Origin: Podarcis erhardii
Lineage: Eukaryota
DNA length: 64,000 bases
NCBI GenBank assembly: GCA_964252035.1
Contig: CAXUOO010000164.1
Reading direction: 5' to 3' (one strand)
Shown: piece by piece, positions 14,925 through 25,770 of the stretch
How the letters are laid out: every line of letters starts with the position of its first letter
How positions within the stretch are numbered: position 1 is the first letter of the stretch
Made by a program: the position numbers and the translations under genes
Notes under the pieces: generated by a model
What the model was told of the DNA's origin: nothing
Seen by the model: only the letters and a program-made list of their open reading frames with translations
The model's database searches: none

Positions 14925-15775
14925 TACAAACATATATATATGTACAAACGCATGATATATGCATTAATATTCAACTCAAAATACGAATTTATAAGGTATG
15001 AGAACCTTTAATTATTTACACAAAGCTTATGTACACTTACCGATAAAGTCAGTCAAGCGATATAGATCCGTAAATTTTAGCAACTTGCAGCCGAGTTGTT
15101 GAAGGGTGTCTAGCCATAGGCCGCAGACACGCGCATCAATGCACTGGAATTCATATTCCCCATTACTCGCAATGATGTAAACACAAGGCCTGCATAAATA
15201 GAAAAGGGAGGAAGGAAGAACCACACGCAGCATATAAAAATCTATGTGCGTCATTCAACTTCGTGTTACTTTTATATACAAACGTCGGCTTCTAGAAGGG
15301 GGAAAGAGAAGCTGAAGAAAAACCGAAAAAACGCAGTGACCCTTCTCGCCTCCTGCATACCTATAGACGTCTACGACAAAACATGTAGGACCCCTGTTTT
15401 ATGTTGCTCAAAATCACATACGAAAACATACTCAGACCTATTTGATTTGAGAAATATTTTTCACAAGATAAGAGCACTACACTTCTACTGATATGTTCGC
15501 TGCTTCCCCCATAAAGTACACGCAAAAATTATACAAATTCGCTCATTACGCAATTGGGATTAACAGCTACTGAATAAAATCGAAAGCAGGCGGAATCCTC
15601 GTGTAAACACTCGATAACTGTGACTGGTACACGAATCAACGACGTCCCGGTTTACACGCAGCAACAATATCAGCTCATCCAATCGTAAGACTGTGAATAT
15701 AGAAGACGTTATTATCATTTCCTTGAAGGACAACATAATATCTCTCTTCCACGTGCATATGTGGATGAATGTGCA

Positions 15776-15822
<47 letters not shown>

Positions 15823-15907
15823 GTATATATAGATTTCAAGGATTGCGTACATACCGGCACGACCTTATCTGCGCATGCATCTGCTTATAACAAAATATAC
15901 ACAGGTA

Positions 15908-15962
<55 letters not shown>

Positions 15963-16027
15963 TGGTGTATTTGTTTTTGAATCGATGCGCTAGTTTCCCT
16001 CGTAGGTATATATATGTTTCCTTCTAG

Positions 16028-16082
<55 letters not shown>

Positions 16083-17950
16083 GACATACAATCTGCCGCT
16101 GGGTTACAGTATAGCTTCACATGCATATCAAGGCTTGCACGTTCATTAAATGTTTGCTTACGCTACAAATACAAAACCATTGAAAGAAGCTGGGATAATT
16201 GTGCATGATTTCTGGACACAGGCTGCATCGATATCTCTACAGATGTCGTTCTCAGAAATTCAAATGTTCGACGCGTGTGACCATCCTCTTGTTTCCAGAG
16301 GTCACTATGCAGATGAACGTCACGTTTACCAGTACTTACTGAGGGATTTGAGGATACGTATCTTTATACATAAATATATATATAACTATATATTTATGTA
16401 TATAAATATAAATATATATATATATCTATATGTTGAACGCGGCGAGATATATTTACGATTGGCTGACTACCTACATACGTACGTACGAACATACATAAAT
16501 ACATACATACGTATATACATACTTACACACATACATACATACATAGACATACATACATATGTGTTGATATTCATTGAGTCACAATATATACACTTGCTTC
16601 TGGTTTACCCGGTTCGCACATAGCTGCCTATATGAAACTTGGTGTACTCACTACAAATTCACTAACAGATTTATACACATGGTTCTGCAGAAAATGGGAA
16701 AACTGTCTTGCCGCGCGGGAAACCAATAAAGCAATCCTAAAACGGTTACGCATGTATTCTATGTGGTACATGCCAACGTCTTCTTGTTGCGTCTTTGAAG
16801 CTGCTGAAGCTCACCCTTCTTCAGTGACGTTATTGACTAGTCTTGCTTCCTTGAGAGGGACTTTGAATTTGGGCTCGCTGGCATACTTTTCGTGCCAGCA
16901 ATACAAAAAGAGACAGGCGGGATCTAGCTTTTGCCGTTTTTGCAGCAAATTTGTAATTTGTTTTTGCTGCTGCTCTACGTGCTGCTGCAACTGCATGGAA
17001 TGTCGTTTACGGTGTACTTGCCCCACATAACCAAATGGGCCTCTCCGAACACAGCGAGTAAAGATTTCGTCTCTGTCCTCTCCATCTTGCTGCTGCCATT
17101 GCGGGCCTTGCGCGCTTTCTTCTTTTTCCTTGTTACTGGACGTGCAGCAGTCTGCTGCTAGTGTTGTTGTAGAACTACCTAGAGCTGCTGCACGACGCGT
17201 GGCTGCTGCAGTGATAGTAGAAGAGGCTGGAGCCGCTGCTTCTATAGTTGATAATAGTTTGGAACTTCGTTGTCCGTCCAACGTATTGGAATTGTCTTCC
17301 ATGCTGTTGCTCGTTCCCTCTGTCACAGAATTCAGCTCGTGTTGCTGAAGGATAGGGTCAAGTTGCCGTGAACTGTGGTTGCAGCCCTTCGGCTTGCCTA
17401 TGTATGCACTAAGCTGTTGCTGCTGCGAGAATCCAGAGCGGTCTTCCTCAGAACATCTCTCCCTGCTGCCGCTGCTGCTGCACCAAAGCCTGGTGGGTTT
17501 TTCGCTTGACGTTGCATCCTCTCCACTTAGGTTTTGCTCTTCCTCTTCTTCATATCCAAGCTGCTGCAACTGTAGCAGCTGCTGCCTGCTGCGGTTGCTG
17601 CAGCTCTTAGTGCTCCTTGGCTGCTGCAGCTGCAGCTGCTGCTGCTGTCGCTGTGGCTCGCCTGGACTGCACAACAAACTTTGAGGTAAATTACTGCAAG
17701 CGGAGGCAGCGGGATGGGGAGATGGTAGTGCACATACATTCTCAAGTTCGAATGACACGTAATGTGTGACGCGAGTGGCTAGTGGAAGTGGCAGTCGTCT
17801 GCCGACCAGAAGAGCTACGAATGCCTCCATATTTTCTCTGAATACTTCTGTTTTGTCCCTCATTTCAAGCTGTTGCTGCTGATCTGAACGGTAAAGCCGT
17901 GTACTACTGCCACTCTTCTTCTGCCTGTCGTCGATCCGTGTATGTTCATG
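3575..17950 (-). CDS. PH-domain-containing CAMK-group Ser/Thr protein kinase with about 1080-aa low-complexity C-terminal tail (at least 8 exons; 5' end uncertain)
   Basis: Exons (minus): 16815-~17950, 15041-15189, 12894-12941, 11782-11910, 10309-10475, 8559-8682, 7793-7931, 3575-6962. All seven introns between these exons are GT-AG with matching phases. The spliced protein has [10 protein letters not shown] (Gly loop), VVVKAV (VAIK Lys), TEIEVL (alphaC Glu), [45 protein letters not shown] and ALTHPWF. The PH-like segment [51 protein letters not shown] directly precedes the kinase. Confidence 0.92.
11552..11599. repeat. (TA)n microsatellite in a kinase intron, representative of many
   Basis: Pure TA run. 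Similar runs occur near 14890, 15780, 15915, 16035, 32820, 55910, 59410 and 61750. Confidence 0.95.
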
Positions 17951-18938
17951 CTACAACAATAGAGTAGCTTCATTGCAGTGCTTCTGAAGCATGGAGAGCT
18001 TGCGGCAGATAGCTATTCTGCTATCGCTGAGTTATCTTGTTGTGCTCCCGCCCTGTAGCGGCTCGCTGCGTCAATGCCGCAGGTGGTTCAGTTGCTGTAG
18101 TCTGAACTCTTGAAACATATTCAAGAGGGCAGACGATAGGCTTCCCTGTTGCAAGGTGAAATACCTCTTGCAAGGCGACTGCTATAGCAAGACCTCTCGC
18201 AGGAGTTCTGCCTTTAACTGAGGGGATCTTATAATCCACGCATTAAGCAAGCGCAGCGCATGTATTGCAGCGATTCTCGCTGCCTCGACTTACAAAACGA
18301 ACACTGCAGACACACTGGCGTAGAACGCGCTCTTGTTACTTCTTTGTCATTATAATTCAGTGGCGCCAGCAGCAGTGCAATCTAAGGGTCTGAATCTGTA
18401 TCTCTACCTGCCAACAACGTGAAGCAACAAATTCGAGTAGATAATTCTACTGCACAAGACAGGAGCGAAGCCTTTATGCAGAGCAATCATCAACTCATAC
18501 GCATAGTGGTTAGGAAGACTTAGACGGGTGGTCACACAACCGTAGCTGAATTCGACTGCTGAAGTTCAGCAGCATCGCCTACAGTCAATCACAGGTTCGC
18601 GCGCAGATTCATAATCTATGACAAACTAGAAGATATTCGACCGAAGAACAGGTTGCGCGACGGCTCCCTACAATACCAACGTGCTTTTATTTGCTCAAGC
18701 AACGAAAGCGCGTCACCAAGTCGTATCACAACAGTATTGTATGTCGGCGATTTGGCGGAACTTTGAGCCCCTGCTGTGAACAGAGATTGAGAACAAAAAA
18801 CCGGGACTAGGGCTCCTACTGCTGATAAATCGGCAGATGCCATTGCATCATAAGTAGCATAAGCTCTACGTGAAGCACAATACATAAGCTCATTTGAAGC
18901 GCATAGTCTCACCAGATGTCGAGAAAATGGCATGAACG

Positions 18939-19271
18939 CTAGCAACTGTGGTTGTAGGAAGCGCCTAGCGCGCTAAACGTCGACGCATCCACAACGAGCA
19001 GAAATGTGTAAGAGAAGACGGCACGGTGGCAGATGATTCTTCGCCGTAGCAATGCGCCAGTGGTTGCAAACTCATCCACAGATATTTTTGCAGCAAGGAG
19101 CTTGATAGACATACAGATTTTATATACCTCATGTAGCAGCCGATTGCAACGAAAGCCGTAACGACCTTTGCCGCCGTCTCTATTTCGAGCCAACACTGCA
19201 CATTCACCAATTCTGACCAAACACACATTGTACTCAAAAAATTGTTTCAGAACAAACAGGCTGTCGTTTGA
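18939..19271 (-). CDS. Putative exon encoding a degenerate cyclic-nucleotide-binding-domain (CNBD)-like fold
   Basis: After acceptor ccttAG (19272-19274) the frame reads SNDSLFVLKQFFEYNVCLVRIGECAVL..ISVDEFATTGALLRRRIICHRAVFSYTFLLVVDASTFSALGASY. This resembles by eye the CNBD start (Y/F-x-PGDYIIRxGE) and end (FGEIALL..R.A.VRA.TYCDLLVL...DF). Confidence 0.4.
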   Translation of the reverse strand, partial: SNDSLFVLKQFFEYNVCLVRIGECAVLARNRDGGKGRYGFRCNRLLHEVYKICMSIKLLAAKISVDEFATTGALLRRRIICHRAVFSYTFLLVVDASTFSALGASYNHSC

Positions 19272-20232
19272 CTAAGGCAAACACAACATTATTTGCAGAA
19301 GCAAGTTCAACAGCGTGTATCGACCGGCAGCAGCACGCGAAGCGGGATGTCGGTTCACTCAAGTCGACCATCGATGCGAATCTTACTGAAACGCTTTCAC
19401 AGCGTTCGGTTGGCTCAAAAACCGTAACAATCGTTGCTTTCTCATTTTTCATAATTCAGTCTCACGCAGCTCTAGGGCAGGCGGGAAAAACTTCTTGTAG
19501 TGCACACGAGCGTTCTACAAGAAAAGCCGTGAAATAAGAGTAAGGTATAGGCGCGTGCGCGCGGCTAACTCACGGTCGCAGCGGCTTATTGCGACAAGCG
19601 CAAGTAAACGAGCAGCTGCTCCAGCACCGAACAGCCTAAGCGGAGGTTGCTTTCGGACTTGACGGTGACTTGCAGTTACAGAAAGATACTAATAATACTG
19701 AAGATAAATGCCTGAGCTGCGCCGCACAGTTGCTAGAAATAGCTTTCCGCAGAAATGTAAATAAAAAATTAGGGAGAGAGAAAGAATAACCCTTATCGAT
19801 TCATGAAACTGAAATCCACATCATGATGTGTACCGTTTGCGTATACGTTGCACAACCGCGTCACGCGCTGCAGCTGCTGAGACTTCCACTGAGTAGAAAC
19901 AAATCTGCTTGTTAGCTCCTTCATCTCCTGACTCAGCGAATTTTAGCAGTAAAAATGCACCACTTTTTTTTCTGAAATTTAGGGGTCGCAGTAGTTACGT
20001 GGGAAGAAAGTTTTAAAGCCCAGGTGTGGCACTTCACCCGCTGCATCGACTGCCAATTCAGCACTGGTGAGCCTACAGCAACTCAAGCTGCTCGATGAAG
20101 GACTAACCTATGGGGTAGCGAAGCTCATGAAGCTCATCGCACCGATGAAACACTTGCCTGGTGCATTTGGCGTGCAGGACACTACTCAATGGTGTCGCCG
20201 CTGCAGCTCCAAATATGCATAAAAATCCACCG

Positions 20233-20364
20233 TCACGCCTTTGCAAGAGCTGCAGCTCTGAATAGAGGTGAGCGTCGTCGCAATTCTCCAGAGTTTGCAT
20301 AAATAACGTCATACAGTAAGTCCTTGCAGACTGCTCCCAATTTGAACTCGAAGAGCGCATCATG
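20233..20364 (-). CDS. Putative exon resembling the end of a CNG/HCN/EAG-type C-linker
   Basis: After acceptor ttttcAG (20365-20367): HDALFEFKLGAVCKDLLYDVIYANSGELRRRSPLFRAAALAK, similar by eye to L.....EI.......ELLRKVPLF. It lies upstream of the CNBD-like exon, in the expected order. Confidence 0.3.
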   Translation of the reverse strand, partial: HDALFEFKLGAVCKDLLYDVIYANSGELRRRSPLFRAAALAKA

Positions 20365-21739
20365 CTGAAAATGCAAAATGCAACCGCAGTTAGAGAAAGC
20401 AGCGCCAGACAACTGCGGGTGTGTCCACCAAGTCTGGTACTGAATAAGGCAGAGGGGGTGATATGACAAGCACTTCTTCGTCCTTGTAAGAGAGGACCGA
20501 AGAGACAGCTACGCAATAGCTGCACAACGTTTGGCAGTGATATTTTATTCAAGGCGTCGTTTACATAGTATGATTGCAGTATCATTGCTTTGTGCTAAAC
20601 ACGCAAGAGTTTCTATTCACGGAAGATGCTTAAATCGTGGTGATCGATTTCCCGCTCCAGAGATACGAGGGTTAGAAACACGACGAACTATTTAGCCAGA
20701 GAATCAGCAGAGAGGCTTCAAAGCTGCCCTGTGATCCGATCACGTTTCGGTGCACACAATAAGGCTTTGAAAACGTTATTTCTGAAATGTGTAAACTTTG
20801 GTTTCTGGACGACAGGAGTAACATAAATTTTACTCCAAAACGGATAGAAAAAGTTGGCGTAAGCAGCTCAGAATTTTGTGTTCTTCTGCTATCTGTTTTT
20901 CGCGTAAAATCTGCGAATGAGAGAACATGGTGTCGCGGGCGGCGTTTAATTATACGAGCTGCCGATGCTCTGCAACTTAGACACAAATATAGTAGCAAGA
21001 ATACCATTGGATCCATCGAATGAGCCTGCCAGTAGAAGTACATATCAGTTGCCGCATTGAAATATGACAACATCTATCATGTTGAATCTTCATGCACGAT
21101 TAAATTCTTTCTCAAAACGGATGAAATCGCGGTATTCTATGAGCTTTGAGTGAATGTGAATCAATTGGAATTGTGCATTACATATTGTCCGTTTAGAGTA
21201 ACAGGCGTTGCTGTGAATATGGAAAGAGGAGCGGGGCGAGCCAAGTACGTATCAGTACAGTACACGTACGGGATCAGCTGCAGCTGCCTGTGTCGCGAAT
21301 TCTGGAAACATTCTAATTTGTGCATTTTGCATTCAGTTTCAAGGGCTTACCCTCTGTGTGCACTCACTACATTGAGTGTCTCCTGATCAGGTAAAGCACC
21401 ACCTGTATAGCTTGTCCCTGTCACCAGCAGTATAATTCCTTGTCATAAAAGATTAGGAAACTATACAGATAGCAATGGCATCCCAACTCACAGGTACATC
21501 GGTTCCCCGTAGTAGTAGTAGTAGTAGCGCAGAGTCGACCATTCAGGATTTTTCGAATGCAGTAAAGAGATACAAGCAGAAATACGTATCATGCTGACAT
21601 CTCTTTCTCTTCTCCCTTGATACACCATAACCACGATACATCACACGAAGAGAAAGGCAGAAGAGTCCATACAAAAAGGAATTTGCGCATTATCAATAAG
21701 TTCTCTGAACGTATGTCAGTCAACGAAATCTTTCGGATG

Positions 21740-21830
21740 CAACCATCCATCGATGATAAGGATAAGACAACGTAGACAGTTTGGAGGGATCTGGAGCCGA
21801 AACACTCTCACGTGTACTAGAGAAGCGTCG

Positions 21831-21875
<45 letters not shown>

Positions 21876-22078
21876 ACCATTTATCGATGATAAGGATAAG
21901 ACAACATAGACAGTTTGGAGGGATCTGGAGCCGAAACACTCTCACGTGTACCAGAGAAGCGTCGAAATATATATATGTATATATATACAACCATTTATCG
22001 ATGATAAGGATAAGACAACATAGACAGTTTGGAGGGATCTGGAGCCGAAACACTCTCACGTGTACCAGAGAAACGTCG

Positions 22079-22119
<41 letters not shown>

Positions 22120-22244
22120 ACCATTTATCGATGATAAGGATAAGACAACATAGACAGTTTGGAGGGATCTGGAGCCGAAACACTCTCACGTGTACCAGAG
22201 AAACGTCGAAATATATATATATATATATGTATATATTTCGACGT
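21740..22244. repeat. Tandem array of 4 units: about 90-bp conserved core plus variable (TA)n tract
   Basis: Units start at 21740, 21874, 21988 and 22118 (periods 134, 114, 130). The core is CAACCAT..ATCGATGATAAGGATAAGACAAC.TAGACAGTTTGGAGGGATCTGGAGCCGAAACACTCTCACGTGTAC.AGAGAA.CGTCGAAA, followed by (TA)n. Confidence 0.95.
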
Positions 22245-25200
22245 AGAAATTTTGAAGTTTAGTTCTGCTCCTCAAAATTGTTCGATATTGATGAAATTAA
22301 TCAATTCTAGACAGTGTTCATAAGCAAACGAACCCAAATGTTTATCTAAAGTATGCACATTCTCTGCCAGCAAGCCCAAGAAACACAAGTATACTACTGC
22401 AGGCTTGCCTGAATTTGCAAAAAAAGGCTACCTTTTTAATAAAGCACATGCATTCGCTAGTTTCTTGCTTATCATTCGCCTTGAAAGGCCAGCCAAAAAA
22501 TATGTTTACGGATTTACTTTGTAGAGTTAAAGTCACTTGTGCAGTGTCAGCAAAGACTTGGTCCTCGGCTAGGAAAATCCAGTTATACTTCTCCTGTCGC
22601 AGGACTCCTGCGTACTTTTTATGACCTACACTGATCTATAGACGCTTGTGTATGAATGAAATTGGAACCTGTTGGAGCACGTCCACAGTTGAGAACTACA
22701 CCGAATATAAATGTGTATATTGCTATGCCTGCATATGTATATAGAACGATGGACGTAATTAGTTCACGAGCATATTCTGGATATAGTTACGCGCTCATGT
22801 ATTTTTTTTCTCCCCAATGCTGTACACACATGGTATGTAACATTGCGTCATTATGTTGAGTAGGAGCTGCAGCTACTTCGTCAGCCTTCTTCTAATGTAG
22901 AAAACTTCAAGTTAAAGGCAGCGTAATTCTGTCACTTCTTGTTTTGACGCTTGAGTCAAGCTCTCTTTTTTTTCTGCAGTTCGCATATTTAAAGCAACCC
23001 ATATTTATGAATGGGTAGAGAATTTGAATTTGACCATACGTTTATCTAGGACTACAATCTGCACGTACAAAAATAAAAAGTATTTTTGTGAATGGGACTC
23101 GCTGCAACTGTTATTCGCGACAGCAAACACAATCACACGCGAAGTCTTGACTGAACGGAACGTGGCACCGCCTTCAAGATGAAGAGCGTTAAAAAATCCA
23201 GTCAACAAGAATGAGAGCCTTTATCTGAGATGCTCGTCCCTTACTGCATGTCGTAGGTTGCTCGAGCAGTAGGGTATACATTGGCTCCTAGGATGCCTTC
23301 GATAGCAGCAACTAGCGCAGAGGGCGCATGAGCACATGAGAAAAAGTAACTAGAGAGCCCCGAAGACTGTACTACGAACCATATGCAGCAACGGTTTGAT
23401 AATAATGCCTGTGTAAAAAGCCATGTGTCTAAATACCACGTGTTAGTGCCGGTTCCAACTAAAGACACTATACTCAGCAGCGGCACGTAGAGATAGAATG
23501 GAAAAATCCTGCATCTTTTTGTGGTGCCACCACCACGTTAACACGCGGTGGGCCAGATCGTCCATGTAATATCATTATTTCAAAGAAACAGTGTCGTTGA
23601 GTTGATAAGCGCCGCAATGACCATGGGAAAGGACACGAATCGATAATGCAAACAAGTGACGAGTTGATTCGTGAAAAAATTTGAGGGCTACTCTGCTGAT
23701 TGCAGATCCGGGCATTCCACACTGAAATGATGCTCACTCAAGAGCTGTCATCGAACTTGTGTGTGTGGTGGATTACGAGAAATATTCAAGGCGCGAACGG
23801 TCGAACAGTCGGCGCATATGCACAAGGAGGGCAGGCCAAGGTGGTCGCCGCTCACGAAAGCTCGTCTCTAATTCTCGCCATTACAAGAGCAAACTGTGAC
23901 AATTTTCTTCATTTGCATGCACGCATTTTCTCCTGCTCAAAAGTAGTGTAGAACATTTAGCAGCCGTCTGGCGGCTATGCAAGGTGTTGTCCGCCAAGTT
24001 CCGCAGTACGTCGTACGTTGTCGGTGTAGTGGCAAGTCTGGAAAGGTCACATCTCACTGAAATCCATGGGGTATACATCTACTTTTAGCTGGACACTTAT
24101 GCATATGTGATTTCAGGGATTTAGAGCAGAGATGTTTAAAATTTCGCCAACGCAGAAGACCCCTGCCAGGTTTGTACAATGAGATCTGCCGAACGTCCTC
24201 GATCTAGTTGTAAGATCGAGACGATTGAGTCTAAGAAAAATGGGGTAATCATTTGCATTTAGTTGTACACGTGCTATGTGATCTTGGCTGCCAAAAAACA
24301 AAAAAAGCATAAGGTATTGTTAACGCAGGAACTAACGCTTGCGAGGTTGTACATTGGCGCTCGTGCATGAAGTAAAACAAGCGTATGTGCAGGTCCATGC
24401 TTTATTTTTGAATGAAAAAGAACTCACAGAATACGTCTACATAAAGTTGTACAGAATGCGTTTTTGTGATCTATTGCTTTTGAAGCGAAATACGATACGA
24501 TATTGTGTCGCAAAAAAGGCGCTTGCGAAGTGAATGTAGGATCTCGTGCATCAAATACGCATATGTACCGGTATACGCCACATCCTTGAATAAGACGGCG
24601 CAGCTCTTGGCCAACTTTCTAGGGTCTACACATAAACTCCAGTGTATACTGTCATGTATTCAAGAGCTTATAGCTGAGATAAATGTCCTCGGATACCGTG
24701 AAAATGGGATATCTTGAAAAGAGGGAAAATGTTCAAAGAATTTGAATTTCGCTATTTCGTAGGTTTTTTCTTTAAGGGGAGCAACGTTTACATGGATTAC
24801 ATCAGCTTGATACTCGAACACACGTCTACACTGTTTTATGAGGTCGCGGTGCGCTTGAGCTACTCGCTCCAATGCTACACACCGGAATGTGCAACTGAAA
24901 TACCAGAAAGAAATTTGTATAAAGGAGCACCAAGAGCATGCGGAATCTCGTCTCAACTACTGAAACTTTTTGAGAGTTCAAGACGTAATGTATCGGACCT
25001 GTAATTCCTGGGGTATACGACCCGTGATGGAACACGTAAAGGCTCGACAACTCGAAAGTTGTGAAATTGATACAGAGAAGCTTGAGGAAAAACTCGAATC
25101 CTCTAGATCGAACACCAGGGGGTGAGGCTCTGACACGCTGTTTATGTGAGAAGAAAAAGCTGTACGAAACTTTCACGCAGTAGTTTTACTTGAATACGTA

Positions 25201-25770
25201 CGATACGACTCCATGATGCCGAAAGGGATATATCACCCTTTTATAACCATGTAGAAGTTTTGACTCTCAGAGACCGACTCGAACCTCTTTGTGGCATGCA
25301 AGTGTCTGAAGTGGCAGTCTGCTTTTCAAGCTGCGGGCACCTAATACATCCGAGTTACGTTCCCTAATGACTTAAGCAGTTTGAGGAAAAACGTTGAACT
25401 CTCATTTGCCATTACTAATATTCCCTTTTGGGTTGATTCACCTTATCGGCAAACTCTCACCACTAGCTGTTAAAGTTGCCGTATTCTCTGATGGTATACT
25501 CTTGTAGCTCCACGCCTTGAACCCTGTTATGCTCGACTTCGCTGTTTTCTAAAGTGGACGGTCACATCCTACCATCAGCGCGCTGCTGCTACTACTGCGT
25601 ATCTGTATTCGCCGCGCGTAGGAGTTGAGAACGCTTCGAGCGCAAGTCACCAAACTTTCCAGTGCTGATGAAGATCTTAGTGTTTGATTGTTGCTTTGAC
25701 TACCAGGATTAATCTCATAAATTGCTTTCGCAAAGAAGCTTCAATATAAAGTGCACGTCGACTCGGCGGT

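Noticed and set aside
11443-16623. Numerous IYIYIY-rich ORFs (also at 54-62 kb)
   Set aside because: These are translations of (TA)n microsatellites inside introns.
3575-17950. Naming the kinase CDPK7
   Set aside because: It shares the PH-kinase order, but no EF hands were seen and orthology cannot be shown without a phylogeny.
21740-22244. CRISPR-like interpretation of the repeat array
   Set aside because: Eukaryotic context, repeats of about 90 bp, 'spacers' are only (TA)n, and no cas genes.
25276-25285. Box-B/T-loop-like GGTTCGAGTC on the minus strand, suggesting a tRNA
   Set aside because: Flanks do not form a T-stem or acceptor stem; no cloverleaf.
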